DNA of 64,000 nucleotides, taken from the IMG/VR virus record IMGVR_UViG_3300009993_000002, one strand, 5' to 3'. This DNA comes from an uncultured virus (IMG/VR IMGVR_UViG_3300009993_000002) (lineage: Duplodnaviria > Heunggongvirae > Uroviricota > Caudoviricetes). How positions within the stretch are numbered: the first letter of the stretch is position 1; the number at the start of each line of letters is the position of its first letter. Of this stretch, positions 36,487-46,304 are shown piece after piece. Position numbers and translations under genes: made by a program. A model generated the notes under the pieces. It was not told the DNA's origin. It worked only from the letters and a program-made list of their open reading frames with translations, and did no database searches.

Positions 36487-37200
36487 TCACATCGACAGCA
36501 GAACCAGGAGGGCGTTCGAGGCCATCGCCACTCCGATGGCCGGACCCTTCTCGGCCGCCGACCCTGATGCCACGATCCCGCCCAGAAGCCGGATGTTCCA
36601 CCAGCGCTTCCCCTGGATGCGCAGCGGCCAGAAGGCGGGCACGCCACCCGCCGTGCAGCCGTCGGCCACCACGTGGCTGACGTATCCGCCAGTCACTGCC
36701 AATGCGATGAGCCAGGGATTCAGGTACAGAACGGCGCCAACGGCACACACCGCAGCACCCAGTGCGACCAGTCCAAGGCTCTTGCGGTAGAGCGGCCACA
36801 GCATGAAAACGCCGAACGCGGCGACCGCGCCCATCGCCACCGGAGACAGGAGGGAAGCCACGTACACGAGGATTCCCATGACCACCGACGCCAGCAGAGT
36901 GTGCGTCAGGGTGCGGTGGTACGGATCCCTCTTGTTGATCAGCTTCCACCGGATGTAACTCCGGTCCCTGCCCACGGATGTGGCATCGACGACCGTCTTG
37001 CACAGCCTGTGGACGACCTTGTGGACGGGCTTGCCCAGAGCTTGCGTCGCGCACGCTTTCGGGTGGTCGAGGTCGGGCATCAGCGAGAAGCCAGCCGAGA
37101 TCGCGCCCATCACGGCACCCTGGAGGATGCTGGCGTTCTGTGTCACGACGAGGCCGACCGGCGCCGAGGCGCCGATCGCCGCGTGCACGGTGCCCCTCAC
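36487..37200 (-). CDS. Membrane-bound metal-dependent hydrolase (YdjM family)
   Basis: 'H..G', 'PDLDHP', 'HRTLTHT', 'SHVVAD..T..GVP..WP'. Confidence 0.85.
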   Translation of the reverse strand: MRGTVHAAIGASAPVGLVVTQNASILQGAVMGAISAGFSLMPDLDHPKACATQALGKPVHKVVHRLCKTVVDATSVGRDRSYIRWKLINKRDPYHRTLTHTLLASVVMGILVYVASLLSPVAMGAVAAFGVFMLWPLYRKSLGLVALGAAVCAVGAVLYLNPWLIALAVTGGYVSHVVADGCTAGGVPAFWPLRIQGKRWWNIRLLGGIVASGSAAEKGPAIGVAMASNALLVLLSM

Positions 37201-37526
37201 TGGATCAGCCTGGCGCTGAGGACGTTCGGGCTCTTCTGGACGAGGGTGGCGAACGCCTGTGCCGAGATCCACTCCTCCCCGTGGTACGACGCCTGCCACG
37301 TGTAGTCGGTCAGCCGCTCCGGGGTTTCGAGGATCGTGTCGTCGTCGGCGGGCCCCCTGCCGATGCTCACCACAGCCCGGTCGAGCTGCATGGAGTCACC
37401 CGAGAGAGGGAGTGCCAGCATGTCGGGCCACGCCACCTCGACGGCGACCTTCCTGTGGCGGCTGAGCGGCTTCAGCAGCTCAACCTCCAGCAGCAGAACG
37501 CCCGCTCTCTTGTTCCTCTTGCTCAC
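37197..37526 (-). CDS. Hypothetical protein
   Basis: Coupled to the downstream hydrolase; purine-rich RBS. Confidence 0.5.
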   Translation of the reverse strand: MSKRNKRAGVLLLEVELLKPLSRHRKVAVEVAWPDMLALPLSGDSMQLDRAVVSIGRGPADDDTILETPERLTDYTWQASYHGEEWISAQAFATLVQKSPNVLSARLIQ

Positions 37527-37589
37527 GTTTTTCCCTTTCCGCTCGTCTTGCGAGCCGATGACATCGGGTCATCCGGCCGGGCTTCTCGG

Positions 37590-38135
37590 CTACGGCTTCT
37601 TCGGTTCGCCGTCGGTGAGGCCGTAGCGGGCCGCGATGGAGGCGATGTCCTCGCCCCGCAGTCCGGCCGTGAGAACTTCGGTGATCTGCTCCGGGGTGAG
37701 GCCGTGTTCCATGAGTTCGATGGATGCGATGAACGACTTCGCGATCTCCATCGGGACTCCCAGCGCGACGGAGATCGCGGTGGCCCGGTCCTGGCCCGCC
37801 TCCTTCGCCTTGGCCACGATCTCCTTGACCTGGGGCAGGAACTGCCTGGAGAAGACGCTGACGGAGGCCATCGCCCAGTCCTCGCCCGCCTTCACCGCCT
37901 TCATCATCCGCTCCTGGAAGTCCGCCTCGGCGGCCTCCGGGCTGCTGGCGTTCCGCAGCGTGGCGCTGACCCGCTCGATGAGGAACTTCGTCGCGACCTC
38001 GGCGGGCATTCCGAAGTCCTTCGCGACTGCCTGAATCGCGTGCTGGTCGATCTCCTGCGTGAGCACGGTGTCCTCGGAGACCTCGACGGAAACCTTGATG
38101 GTCGGGTTTCCCATTTCGACGACTGTCTTCTTCAT
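37590..38135 (-). CDS. Hypothetical helical protein
   Basis: AGGAG RBS, GC3 bias. Confidence 0.55.
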   Translation of the reverse strand: MKKTVVEMGNPTIKVSVEVSEDTVLTQEIDQHAIQAVAKDFGMPAEVATKFLIERVSATLRNASSPEAAEADFQERMMKAVKAGEDWAMASVSVFSRQFLPQVKEIVAKAKEAGQDRATAISVALGVPMEIAKSFIASIELMEHGLTPEQITEVLTAGLRGEDIASIAARYGLTDGEPKKP

Positions 38136-38155
38136 GGTGATCTTCTCCTGCTTCG

Positions 38156-38449
38156 TCAGCTATCGGTCTGGCCGAGGAATGTGTCCCCGAACTCTTCCTT
38201 AATTGCCTGGTCCATCAGGGCGAAATCCCCGAGTCCCTGCGACCGGCCATCGGGAAGCTCGACCCGGACGTAGACCCGCAGGGCCCGGCCGCCCGATGCG
38301 TATTCGGCATCGATTGCCATCTTGAGGGCCGAGTCTGCATCGCGGGCTTCCAGGGAAACCTCGTCGTGCTCCAGGTTCTTGATCCTGGTGGGGTTGCCGA
38401 GAATCGGCCTCTTGCGGCGCCAGATCTTTACCTTGAATTCGGACATCAA
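38156..38449 (-). CDS. Hypothetical protein
   Basis: Overlaps the NlpC/P60 stop. Confidence 0.5.
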   Translation of the reverse strand: MMSEFKVKIWRRKRPILGNPTRIKNLEHDEVSLEARDADSALKMAIDAEYASGGRALRVYVRVELPDGRSQGLGDFALMDQAIKEEFGDTFLGQTDS

Positions 38450-39048
38450 GCCACCCTCGTCGCTCCGAAGTAGTCGGACATGTAATGCACGTCGTTAATG
38501 CGGATCAGCGTGCCGGTCCGGGGGGCATGCAGCATCTTGCCGTCACCGATGTAGATCCCCACGTGATGGATCGAGCGCGAGTTTCCTTTCTGGCCGAAGA
38601 AGACCAGGTCACCCGGCTTCAGCTCATTCCAGGAAGGGTGCACGTTGGTCGTGTTGTACTGGTCGTTCGCGACGCGGGGGATTCGGATGCCCGCCTTGGC
38701 GTAAGCCGCCTGTGTCAGGCCCGAGCAGTCGAACCGGCCGCCCTGCGACGCCGTACCGGTGCCGCCCCACAGGTACGGAACGCCGATCTTCGTCCGGGCG
38801 TACGCGATGGCCACGGCCGCAGCGTTGCTGGAGCGCAAGGTCGAGACATCGCTGGCGTCACGCTCCTGGCGCTTTTTCTCCTTGGCTCGCTCCTTCGGTG
38901 AATACCAGTTGATCTTCTCAATCGCCGGATTCGTGTTGGCCGTGGCGTTGGAAATGGGACTGGCATTCAAAGCCGAACAGGCAGCGGCCGAAGGTACGAG
39001 CAGCGTCACGGAGGCAACCGCGAGGGCTGCTTGTTGGGTCCGGTTCAC
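38446..39048 (-). CDS. NlpC/P60 cell-wall peptidase, probable lipoprotein
   Basis: Signal peptide ending AAAC; 'GVPYLWGG', 'FDCSGL', 'PGDLVFF', 'HVGIY'. Confidence 0.9.
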   Translation of the reverse strand: MNRTQQAALAVASVTLLVPSAAACSALNASPISNATANTNPAIEKINWYSPKERAKEKKRQERDASDVSTLRSSNAAAVAIAYARTKIGVPYLWGGTGTASQGGRFDCSGLTQAAYAKAGIRIPRVANDQYNTTNVHPSWNELKPGDLVFFGQKGNSRSIHHVGIYIGDGKMLHAPRTGTLIRINDVHYMSDYFGATRVA

Positions 39049-39680
39049 TGCTCGTACTTCCTCGTCTTCTGTTCGATCATTTTTACGTAGGTGTAGGTCT
39101 CGCACTTGGCGAAAGAACACGGCGGGACGCCGTTGTACTGCTTCACCCGGAAGCCGCCCGCGTTGTATCCGGCGAGCATGTTTTTCCAGGTGGGGCCCGG
39201 CACGTTCTTCAGGCCGTTCGCGAGCTTGCAGTCCAGCGTCGCGGCCGAAGGGATGGCGTCTTCGGGGTCGTACTTGTTGCGCTTGCCGTCCCCGTTCGCG
39301 TCGATTCCCTCGGTGGCCCACGTGCCGTCGATGAACTGGGCCATGCCCTTGGCGGAAGCCGGGGAATCCAGCCGCCCGTCGATGACTTCGGGCTTGAATC
39401 CCATGCTTTCCTGGTCGAGCTGGGCCGCCAGGAGGGCCGGGGTCAACGTCTTGCACTTGTTGCCCCACTTGTTGATCAGTTCTTCCCAGCGCTTCTTCGG
39501 AACCGAGCCGGGCCGGATCGGGGCGGACGTGCCCGTGAACTTGTAGTTCCCGGTGGTCTCCTGCCTAGGGGGCGCCGCAACGGATGCGGCAGACGGGACC
39601 GCCGGAATGAAACCGGTGACGGCCTGAACTGCCCCAACTGCGAGAAATACGCCGACGAATGCTCCGCCTGCCCTGCGCAT
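39045..39680 (-). CDS. Lytic transglycosylase (SLT), secreted
   Basis: 'AAQLDQES', 'AKGMAQF', 'LAGYNAG', 'ETYTYV'; hydrophobic N-terminus. Confidence 0.85.
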   Translation of the reverse strand: MRRAGGAFVGVFLAVGAVQAVTGFIPAVPSAASVAAPPRQETTGNYKFTGTSAPIRPGSVPKKRWEELINKWGNKCKTLTPALLAAQLDQESMGFKPEVIDGRLDSPASAKGMAQFIDGTWATEGIDANGDGKRNKYDPEDAIPSAATLDCKLANGLKNVPGPTWKNMLAGYNAGGFRVKQYNGVPPCSFAKCETYTYVKMIEQKTRKYEQ

Positions 39681-39704
39681 CACGTTCCTCCCTTCTCCGA
39701 GGTC

Positions 39705-39735
39705 CACTCTAACATTGACCTAGGCCAGTCAACAA
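39705..39735 (-). promoter_or_regulatory. Promoter of the SLT-NlpC operon with palindromic operator
   Basis: On - strand TTGTTG-18nt-TAGAGT; CCTAGGCC at 39719-39726 within TTGAC...GTCAA. Confidence 0.55.
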
Positions 39736-39766
39736 GGTGACCCTGTACCGGAGTTGAAATGCAGAA

Positions 39767-39792
39767 CGGCCGGACCCCGAAGAGTCCGGCCG
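39767..39792 (-). terminator. Intrinsic terminator-like hairpin
   Basis: CGGCCGGAC...GTCCGGCCG. Confidence 0.6.
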
Positions 39793-39807
39793 CTCGAACC
39801 GCCCACC

Positions 39808-40386
39808 TCAGTGGAACGGGCTCTGCATGAGCTGCGGGATCCAGTTGCCGATCTGGAGCGTGATCTCGGCCCAGGTCCCGCCGCCGAGCGGGAAGAAGAA
39901 CCCGCAGATGGCGCCGTACATCAGATCCTGCTTGTCGTCGTCCTTGTTCCGCATCGCGAGGAACCCGAGGAAGAGGCAGATACCTCCGGCTCCGATGTCG
40001 GACAGGATCGGCCACTCGGCCAGTGCCATGACGAGGCCCTGGAACCAGTCGACCAGGTTGATGACGAACCCACCGGTCGAGCTGACGATCGACGTCATGG
40101 CCCACATTCCCACGAGGAATGTCATTGCGGACCGCCAGTCGAACCCTTCGCTCGGACCTCCGTGGAGCTTCGTCATCATGCGGCTGGTCGGCTGCTGCAC
40201 AGCCTTAGTCATCAGCGTCTTGGTCAGCCCGCCCCAGAGGAACATCTGCTGACCCTTCTTGTTCCCCTTGATGCAGAGGAACGAGAGCACCAGCAAGATG
40301 ATTCCGAAGCCCGCCATCGTGGTGTGACCGATCCACGAGTTCTCCGGAACCTGGATCTGCTGCTGCTGCGTCAGTGCCAGAAACAC
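39808..40386 (-). CDS. Multi-pass membrane protein
   Basis: Four or more hydrophobic segments. Confidence 0.6.
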   Translation of the reverse strand: MFLALTQQQQIQVPENSWIGHTTMAGFGIILLVLSFLCIKGNKKGQQMFLWGGLTKTLMTKAVQQPTSRMMTKLHGGPSEGFDWRSAMTFLVGMWAMTSIVSSTGGFVINLVDWFQGLVMALAEWPILSDIGAGGICLFLGFLAMRNKDDDKQDLMYGAICGFFFPLGGGTWAEITLQIGNWIPQLMQSPFH

Positions 40387-40611
40387 CTTTCCCTCACCTT
40401 CCCAGTGGGGCCGCCCTTCGACGGCCCCACTAACTCACCGACCGGGACCGGCGGGCTTCAGGATCGGCAGCCCACCGTGGTCGTCGTCCTCTCGGAGCAC
40501 GACTCGTCCCCTTTCCAAGCGGCTCGTTCGTCCGCTTCGTACCTCCGGCCGGATGCGAACCGGCTTCCAGCGGTAGCTGGGCTGCCACACGGCAGCGAAG
40601 GCCCTTGTGCA

Positions 40612-41574
40612 TCACCAGGCGGCGCCCGGTGCGTAGAGCAGGATCCCGGTGACGATCGACGCCAGCGGGATCATGAGCACGGCGTGGAAGATGCCCGGCC
40701 CCATGCTCTGGGACTTCTCGCGCTCCTCCTCCGACATGGCCGACCGCTCGCGGTTGAGTCGTTCGATCCGGTCAAAGACCCACATGGTCGCGTAGAACGC
40801 CATGCAGAACAGACCGGCGACCCAGAACTGCCACATCTGGAAGGTCCACGGCGAACCGAAGATCGCCGTCACCTCGTCGGGGTACGAGACCCCCACGAAG
40901 AACAGGACCGGAACCAGCCAGGCCGAACGAGTCAGCCACCTGATGCTGAAGGCGACCAGGCGCCCCCGGTACGTGCTCTGGGCCAGGTATCCGGCAACCT
41001 GGTTCCGGGTGAACATCAGGATCATGGGGGTGAGCCCCATGATCGCCGCCCAAATCAGGCTGCCGAGCCGGTCCGACTCGTACGCCATGCCGATCGTGTC
41101 CCTGAACCACCTGCCAGGGCCGTTCAGGATTCCCCATCCGGTGGTCGAGGTGCCGAAGCGGATTCGCTCGTACAGAGCGGTCAGAATCTGCGGTCCGGCA
41201 ACCCACGACATCACCGAGGAGATCATGAACGAAGTGACGTACGGCCGGGTCGTTCCGTTGGCCGGGTCCAACCCGTTCCTGATGGCGGCAGCAGCCGCCT
41301 GGACGGGCTTCATCACTTCGGCCGCGAGCTTCTTCTCCTCTGCGACCTTTTCCTTGACAGGGGCCAGAATCTTCTCGGCTTCCTGGCGTACCTTTTCCTT
41401 CTTGTCCTCCGCCTTGTCCTTGTCCTTCGCCCACTTGTCCTTGGTCGAGGACAACTTCCCCTTGAGCGCCTTGATGTCGCCCTTCAGGGTGCGCGGCGGC
41501 TTCCGGTCCGACTTCTTGAGGTGGACTGTCGGGGCCACCGTCGGCTTCGGCGGAATGACTTCCTTCGTCGCCAC
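40612..41574 (-). CDS. Multi-pass membrane protein with Lys-rich N-terminus (Spd-like)
   Basis: Charged coiled-coil N-terminus plus about 5 TM segments; GGAGG RBS; divergent from the GntR gene. Confidence 0.55.
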   Translation of the reverse strand: MATKEVIPPKPTVAPTVHLKKSDRKPPRTLKGDIKALKGKLSSTKDKWAKDKDKAEDKKEKVRQEAEKILAPVKEKVAEEKKLAAEVMKPVQAAAAAIRNGLDPANGTTRPYVTSFMISSVMSWVAGPQILTALYERIRFGTSTTGWGILNGPGRWFRDTIGMAYESDRLGSLIWAAIMGLTPMILMFTRNQVAGYLAQSTYRGRLVAFSIRWLTRSAWLVPVLFFVGVSYPDEVTAIFGSPWTFQMWQFWVAGLFCMAFYATMWVFDRIERLNRERSAMSEEEREKSQSMGPGIFHAVLMIPLASIVTGILLYAPGAAW

Positions 41575-41589
41575 GTTCCTCCCTCCGGT

Positions 41590-41760
41590 CTACGGCTTTC
41601 CGTCAGACGCCAGCCCGATCGTTTCGGTGACGCGGTCCTCCAGGATCTTGATCGCCTTTTCCACTCCGGCGGTATCCTGGAATGAGTCATAACCGGGGAC
41701 AGAAGTGGTCCCAGTTGCGGCTGTGGTGCCTTCCTCTTCCTCGTTCCGGTTCGTCCCCAT
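41590..41760 (-). CDS. Small acidic protein
   Basis: AGGAG RBS before MGTNRN... Confidence 0.45.
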   Translation of the reverse strand: MGTNRNEEEEGTTAATGTTSVPGYDSFQDTAGVEKAIKILEDRVTETIGLASDGKP

Positions 41761-41796
41761 GACGTCTCCTCGATCACCACTGGCGTTGTGGTGTTC

Positions 41797-41825
41797 AGCA
41801 TGACACAATACGGCCTAGGCCACAA
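41797..41825 (-). promoter_or_regulatory. Promoter of leftward operon overlapping a GGCCTAGGCC operator
   Basis: On - strand TTGTGG-17nt-CATGCT; perfect palindrome at 41812-41821, just upstream of the divergent GntR gene. Confidence 0.6.
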
Positions 41826-41844
41826 GCGAAAGCGAGGAGAAAGA

Positions 41845-42579
41845 GTGAGCGAGCAGATTCCCAAGTACCGTGCCATTGCGGCACATTACCGATCCAGGAT
41901 CACCTCTGGTGAGCTGGCGCCGGGTACCCCGCTGGAGTCGCGCCGGAGGCTCGCCAAGATACACAGGACGTCGCGCGTCACCATCGACAAGGTCGTGGAA
42001 CTGCTGACGGCCGAAGGTGTTCTGGAGCCCTCCAGCGGCAACCGGCCGCCCGTCGTGGCGGACATCTCGGGGCGTACGGCGACGGTCCAGGACCGCGTGG
42101 GTAACTACGCCGCGAGCGGCCGGGCGCTCGGAGCCCGGGAAACGTCGGAGATCCTGCGGGTCGAGAAGGTTCCGTGCCCTGCCGACATCGCCCCCGTTCT
42201 GGGGGTCGAGCCCGGCGAGGACGTGGTGTACCGGGAGCGGCTGAACAAGATCGACGGCAAGCCGGTCGCCACCGGCCACTCCTACTACCCGCCCGAGGTG
42301 ACCGCCGTGACGCCCGAGCTGGCGATGGCGGACGCGACTCCCCGTGGTTCGCGCGAGCTGGCTGCCGAGCGCATGGGCTCCCGGCAGAAGGACCTGATTC
42401 CCGTCATCACGTCGCGCCTGGCGACCGACCGGGAGCGTGAGCTGCTGGAGCTGAAGGGTGCGTATGCGATCGTCACGCAGACCGCACGCCGGGTGCTCCT
42501 GGCGAACGGCAAAGTCGTCGAGGTCGCCGTCAAGGTCAACGAGGGCAGCAGGCCGGTGTCGTTCCACGTCCCCCTGTGA
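41845..42579 (+). CDS. GntR-family (HutC/UTRA) regulator, KorA/TraR-like
   Basis: 'YRAIAAHYRSRITSGELAPGTPLES.R.LA....SRVT' wHTH plus C-terminal UTRA domain. Confidence 0.9.
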   Translation: MSEQIPKYRAIAAHYRSRITSGELAPGTPLESRRRLAKIHRTSRVTIDKVVELLTAEGVLEPSSGNRPPVVADISGRTATVQDRVGNYAASGRALGARETSEILRVEKVPCPADIAPVLGVEPGEDVVYRERLNKIDGKPVATGHSYYPPEVTAVTPELAMADATPRGSRELAAERMGSRQKDLIPVITSRLATDRERELLELKGAYAIVTQTARRVLLANGKVVEVAVKVNEGSRPVSFHVPL

Positions 42580-42600
42580 GGACCCCATGCGGACATGCAG

Positions 42601-42630
42601 AGCCCCCGCCGCTTCACTGCGACGGGGGCT
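42601..42630. terminator. Bidirectional terminator between convergent genes
   Basis: AGCCCCCG...CGGGGGCT. Confidence 0.6.
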
Positions 42631-42638
42631 TCGGCTTT

Positions 42639-42824
42639 TCAGGAGACCTCTCCGTTGTCCATCAGGGACTGGGAGAGCAGCACGAGTTCCTGGCGTATGA
42701 CCTTCAGCTCTTCGGCCGTGTACTTCTGGTTCAGGATCTCCGGCGTGAAGCCATCGCTGATCACCGCGTCAACGATGGCCCCGGCCCACCACTTGGCGAT
42801 CTTCTTTGCGTACCGGCGGTTCAC
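42639..42824 (-). CDS. Small hypothetical protein
   Basis: Coupled to the upstream ORF. Confidence 0.45.
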   Translation of the reverse strand: MNRRYAKKIAKWWAGAIVDAVISDGFTPEILNQKYTAEELKVIRQELVLLSQSLMDNGEVS

Positions 42825-43540
42825 GGCTCGACCAGCTTGAAGGCGTCTTCACCTCGGGCCAGCTCTTCCCTCATGGACTCGTAGTTCCGGTAGTAGCGCT
42901 GCGGGTGCAGCCAGATCAGATGTGCCCGCAGCTCGTCGTCCCATCCCCGCTCGTGCTCGTTGTCCACCTTGACGCACTCCGCCGGGTTCACGCCGTACAG
43001 CCAGGTGAGCGCACCGAAGCCGATCCAGTGGCGCTGACCGTCGTTGACGGAGGTGACCCACCCGGGGACCACGGCGTACTTCTTGCCCTTCAGGCTGCGC
43101 GGGTAGAGCGGGTAGTCACTGGGCTCCGGCTCCCCGGATTCGCGTGCCATCCGGTGCGCCAGCGACCCCTTCTCGCCGAACGGCTTGAAGGGCGTACGGC
43201 GCTTCGCCTCCAGTCGGCCGTCGTCAAGGGACCATCCGTCGGGGATCGGCTTCCAGTTCTTGTCGGCCTTCCTTTTCTCGGGGTCCCACAGGCTCGCCCC
43301 TCCGGCCTTCAGCCAGCTCCGGATGTCGGAGAGGTACGTGGAGGCGAAGACGATCTGCCGACGGTGCCGGTCGAGCGCGGAGAACCGGGTGTCGATCACT
43401 GACCAGTACCCGAACTCCGGCTTGCTGTCCTCGGCGTCGGAGTAGTACGCCTCGACGATCAGGTGGTCATGACCGTGCACCCGGTACTTCTTGTCGTACT
43501 TCCCGGTCGACGGCAGCCGGTGCAGCAGAGGTTCAGCCAC
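42821..43540 (-). CDS. Hypothetical protein
   Basis: GC3-biased ORF in the operon. Confidence 0.55.
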   Translation of the reverse strand: MAEPLLHRLPSTGKYDKKYRVHGHDHLIVEAYYSDAEDSKPEFGYWSVIDTRFSALDRHRRQIVFASTYLSDIRSWLKAGGASLWDPEKRKADKNWKPIPDGWSLDDGRLEAKRRTPFKPFGEKGSLAHRMARESGEPEPSDYPLYPRSLKGKKYAVVPGWVTSVNDGQRHWIGFGALTWLYGVNPAECVKVDNEHERGWDDELRAHLIWLHPQRYYRNYESMREELARGEDAFKLVEP

Positions 43541-44237
43541 TGGACGCCACCACGTTTCCGCTGAAGTCCATCAGGAGAACCTGGGCGGGCGCCTTCTTCG
43601 AGGCGAACTCCACCGTGCCGCTTGCCGTCTCGCCGGGCTCGATCCGGCGGGAGCTGGGCGCCAGGGTGCCCTCTCCGATGACCGCCGGGCGGCCATCCCC
43701 CTTCACCATCGACGACATGACGACCACGGCCTCGTCGGTGCCGTTGTGGATCGTCAGCCTGACCAGAGCCCCCACCGAACCGGATCCGTCCGGCAGCGCA
43801 GTGACGGTGACGACCTTCGGAGCCTGCACCACGGGAGAGCCTGAAGCGTCCTGTGTCGCCTCGGAGGGTCCACCCCCAGCGGCCGGAAGGAAGCCCTCCT
43901 GGGAGGCCGCAGGAGGGGCGGCGGAGCCTGTCTGGTCGTCGGGCATCATGGTGAACACCAAGACTCCGACAGCGGCGGCCCCGGCCGCGCCCAGGAGCAG
44001 GGTCCTGCGCCGGTCCGGCTTCTGTGAAAGGCCCGCCTCGGGCTCTTCCCTTTCTTCCTGCGGTCGGGTGTCAACGAAGCCCCCTTCGGGTGCACGCCTC
44101 CACTCATCCGGTTCCCGCGACAGGTCTTCTCCGCTGCTGGCGATGCGCTCCATGTCGCTGCGAGCGCGGGTCTGCCATCCCGCCGAGTCATCGTCGCCGT
44201 TTCGGCGTACCGGGTCCGTGTTCCACCAGTCGGTCAT
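43533..44237 (-). CDS. Single-pass membrane protein with extracellular Ig-like (DUF4352-like) domain
   Basis: TM after RRR; C-terminal beta-rich 'VRLTIHNGT...IEPGETASGTVEF'. Confidence 0.55.
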   Translation of the reverse strand: MTDWWNTDPVRRNGDDDSAGWQTRARSDMERIASSGEDLSREPDEWRRAPEGGFVDTRPQEEREEPEAGLSQKPDRRRTLLLGAAGAAAVGVLVFTMMPDDQTGSAAPPAASQEGFLPAAGGGPSEATQDASGSPVVQAPKVVTVTALPDGSGSVGALVRLTIHNGTDEAVVVMSSMVKGDGRPAVIGEGTLAPSSRRIEPGETASGTVEFASKKAPAQVLLMDFSGNVVASSG

Positions 44238-44440
44238 TCCTGCCCTTTCTTCATCTTGCGGGCCACGTTGAAGCCCACTCCCGTTACGGCCCCGGCGACA
44301 ACTGCACCGGTTGCCGGAATGCCGATCGCCGAAAAGGTCGCGGTGTCGAGTGCCGCGCCCAGGAGAGCTGCGGTCGCCAGACTGTCGTCGACATCCTCGA
44401 CCGCTTTTGCGATGGCCCAGGTGACGACTTTTTCCATCAT
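44234..44440 (-). CDS. Small hydrophobic Gly/Ala-rich protein
   Basis: Coupled overlaps at both ends. Confidence 0.5.
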   Translation of the reverse strand: MMEKVVTWAIAKAVEDVDDSLATAALLGAALDTATFSAIGIPATGAVVAGAVTGVGFNVARKMKKGQE

Positions 44441-44751
44441 GAGACAGACTCGGTTTTCGCCGTGACGGTGTACGCGGCCAAGTACTCGTAGCTCCAGATC
44501 GAGTGCTCGCCGTCGTCCGCCCCGGACTCGACCATGGCGTAACGCATGATCGTGTACTCCATGCCGATCCGATCGCGGTAAACGAACCCGATGGGGAAGA
44601 GCGGGAGCGTCGGGTGCTCGCGCCCTCCCTTCGGGGAAACCTTGATGATCGCGTGTCGGATGGGATCGTTCGGGTCGTCGTCACTGACGGGCTGGATGAC
44701 AACGAGATTGGCGGACCCGGATCCTCCGGATGCTTCGATTCGCCATGCCAT
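44437..44751 (-). CDS. Hypothetical protein
   Basis: GAGGAG RBS before MAWRIE. Confidence 0.5.
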   Translation of the reverse strand: MAWRIEASGGSGSANLVVIQPVSDDDPNDPIRHAIIKVSPKGGREHPTLPLFPIGFVYRDRIGMEYTIMRYAMVESGADDGEHSIWSYEYLAAYTVTAKTESVS

Positions 44752-44815
44752 GTCATTCTCCTCTCCTACTTCAACACAACCAGAATACAGGCAAGTTGGG
44801 GCACTTAGAAAGCAC

Positions 44816-44845
44816 GAAGCCCCCTCCCGTGAGGGAGAGGGCTTC
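44816..44845 (-). terminator. Intrinsic terminator-like hairpin
   Basis: GAAGCCC...GGGCTTC downstream of the SpdB2-like gene. Confidence 0.55.
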
Positions 44846-44861
44846 TGGGGTGCGGCCGGAC

Positions 44862-46055
44862 TTAGAGCCCCATGGTCGCGCGGTGAGCCTCGGTGGCCTG
44901 CTCCAGGAACTCGTTCAGGCCGTTCTGCGCGAACCACTCCAGGGAGAAGTCCGTCGTGGCCTCGGTCACCCGGGGGGCGCCCTTGCCGATGGCCTTGGCG
45001 AAGGCCGCCTTGGTCAGGCCGCCCTCGGCGGCGTCGGCCGCGTAGTACCGGGCGGCCAGCATCGCCTTGCTCTGCTGCGCCTTGGTCAGGTTCAGCTCGG
45101 CGAAGACGTCACCGCCGCCCTCCTCCTCCGGCTCGCTGTCCTCGCCCTTGGTGAGCTGGGCCCGGGAGGTCACGTGACCCTGGATGATCTGGATCCCCAG
45201 GGGCTGGCGAAGGCGCAGCTCCTGCTCGGCCTCCACCCGCTCCAGCGAGATCTCGGTCTGGGTGCGCAGGGTCGCGATCTGGAGTTCGGCACTCAGTCGC
45301 TGACGCATCGCCTTCAGGCTGTTCTGCCCCTCCAGCTCCGCCTTCTCGGCCTCGAACTTCGCGTCGCGCTCGATCCTCTCGCGCTCGATCTGGGCCAGAA
45401 CCTTCTCGCGCTCGACCTCCGCCTTGCGCTTCTCGTCGGCCAGGGCCGCCTCGTGCAGACGCTGCTTCTCCAGCATCTCCGCCTGGTGCTTCTCGGACGT
45501 CGCCTCGACCTTGGCTCGGATGCGCTTCGCCGCGCGGTGCTCAGCGGCGATCTCCGCCTTCTCCTCGTCGGTCAGGTCGGCCGGGCTCTTCAGCCCGTTC
45601 AGGGCCAGCATCCAGGTCAACTTGGTGAAGACTGGGAGGGCCGCCGCGAACATCGCAGCACCTCCGGCGACCTGCGAGCCGTGGTAGCCGAGGAGGCCCG
45701 CCACGAACAGCACCTCGACCCACCCGACGACCGGCAGTGCGTTGAAGCGGTGCCGCTTGCCCTTCTTGCCCGGGATCGTGGCCGGGATCTTCAGGCCCTG
45801 GTACTCGGCCACCATCGTGGCGCTCCAGACGATGTCCATCGTCACGGCCGCCGAGAGGCCGATGAGGCTGATGCCGCCCAGCTTCTCGATCGTCAGTGCG
45901 TCGATCTGGAACAGGTCCAGGAGTGACCAGGTGGTCCAGGCCAAGGATCCGAGGGACAGCAGGCTCGCCATCAGCACGAGGAAGGAGAACCGCTTCGGCT
46001 TGTCTTCCACCGCCACGACCTTCTCGACCATCTCGCTGTTCTCCGTCGTGTCCAT
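44862..46055 (-). CDS. SpdB2-like plasmid spread protein (4 TM, coiled coil, C-terminal HTH)
   Basis: 'SLAWTTWSL', 'MDIVW', 'VGW', 'LPVFTKLTW', then long E/K/R coiled coil. Confidence 0.6.
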   Translation of the reverse strand: MDTTENSEMVEKVVAVEDKPKRFSFLVLMASLLSLGSLAWTTWSLLDLFQIDALTIEKLGGISLIGLSAAVTMDIVWSATMVAEYQGLKIPATIPGKKGKRHRFNALPVVGWVEVLFVAGLLGYHGSQVAGGAAMFAAALPVFTKLTWMLALNGLKSPADLTDEEKAEIAAEHRAAKRIRAKVEATSEKHQAEMLEKQRLHEAALADEKRKAEVEREKVLAQIERERIERDAKFEAEKAELEGQNSLKAMRQRLSAELQIATLRTQTEISLERVEAEQELRLRQPLGIQIIQGHVTSRAQLTKGEDSEPEEEGGGDVFAELNLTKAQQSKAMLAARYYAADAAEGGLTKAAFAKAIGKGAPRVTEATTDFSLEWFAQNGLNEFLEQATEAHRATMGL

Positions 46056-46119
46056 TTTCTCGCTTCTCCCTTTTCCGAAAGCCCCGATTTTTGGAACTCC
46101 GTGTGGGGCGTTACGCATG

Positions 46120-46149
46120 ACTCTGCCAGTGTGGCCTAGGCCGTGTCAA
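46120..46149 (-). promoter_or_regulatory. Promoter of the SpdB2-like gene with GGCCTAGGCC in its spacer
   Basis: On - strand TTGACA-18nt-CAGAGT; palindrome at 46133-46142. Confidence 0.65.
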
Positions 46150-46304
46150 GCGAACCCGGCTATCTTCCTTCCAGAGTGGCGTTCGTCCGTTTCGGCGGCA
46201 TTCGCCAGATGAGAGATGACTTGCCGCCCTACAGTGTCCAGATTCGTCCGATTCGATCCAAGAATCACCGGTCCAGATTCCATGCAGGGCGGCGATCCGG
46301 AAGC

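Noticed and set aside
39563..39570. GCCTAGGG as another operator copy
   Set aside because: Partial match deep in the SLT coding region with no promoter context
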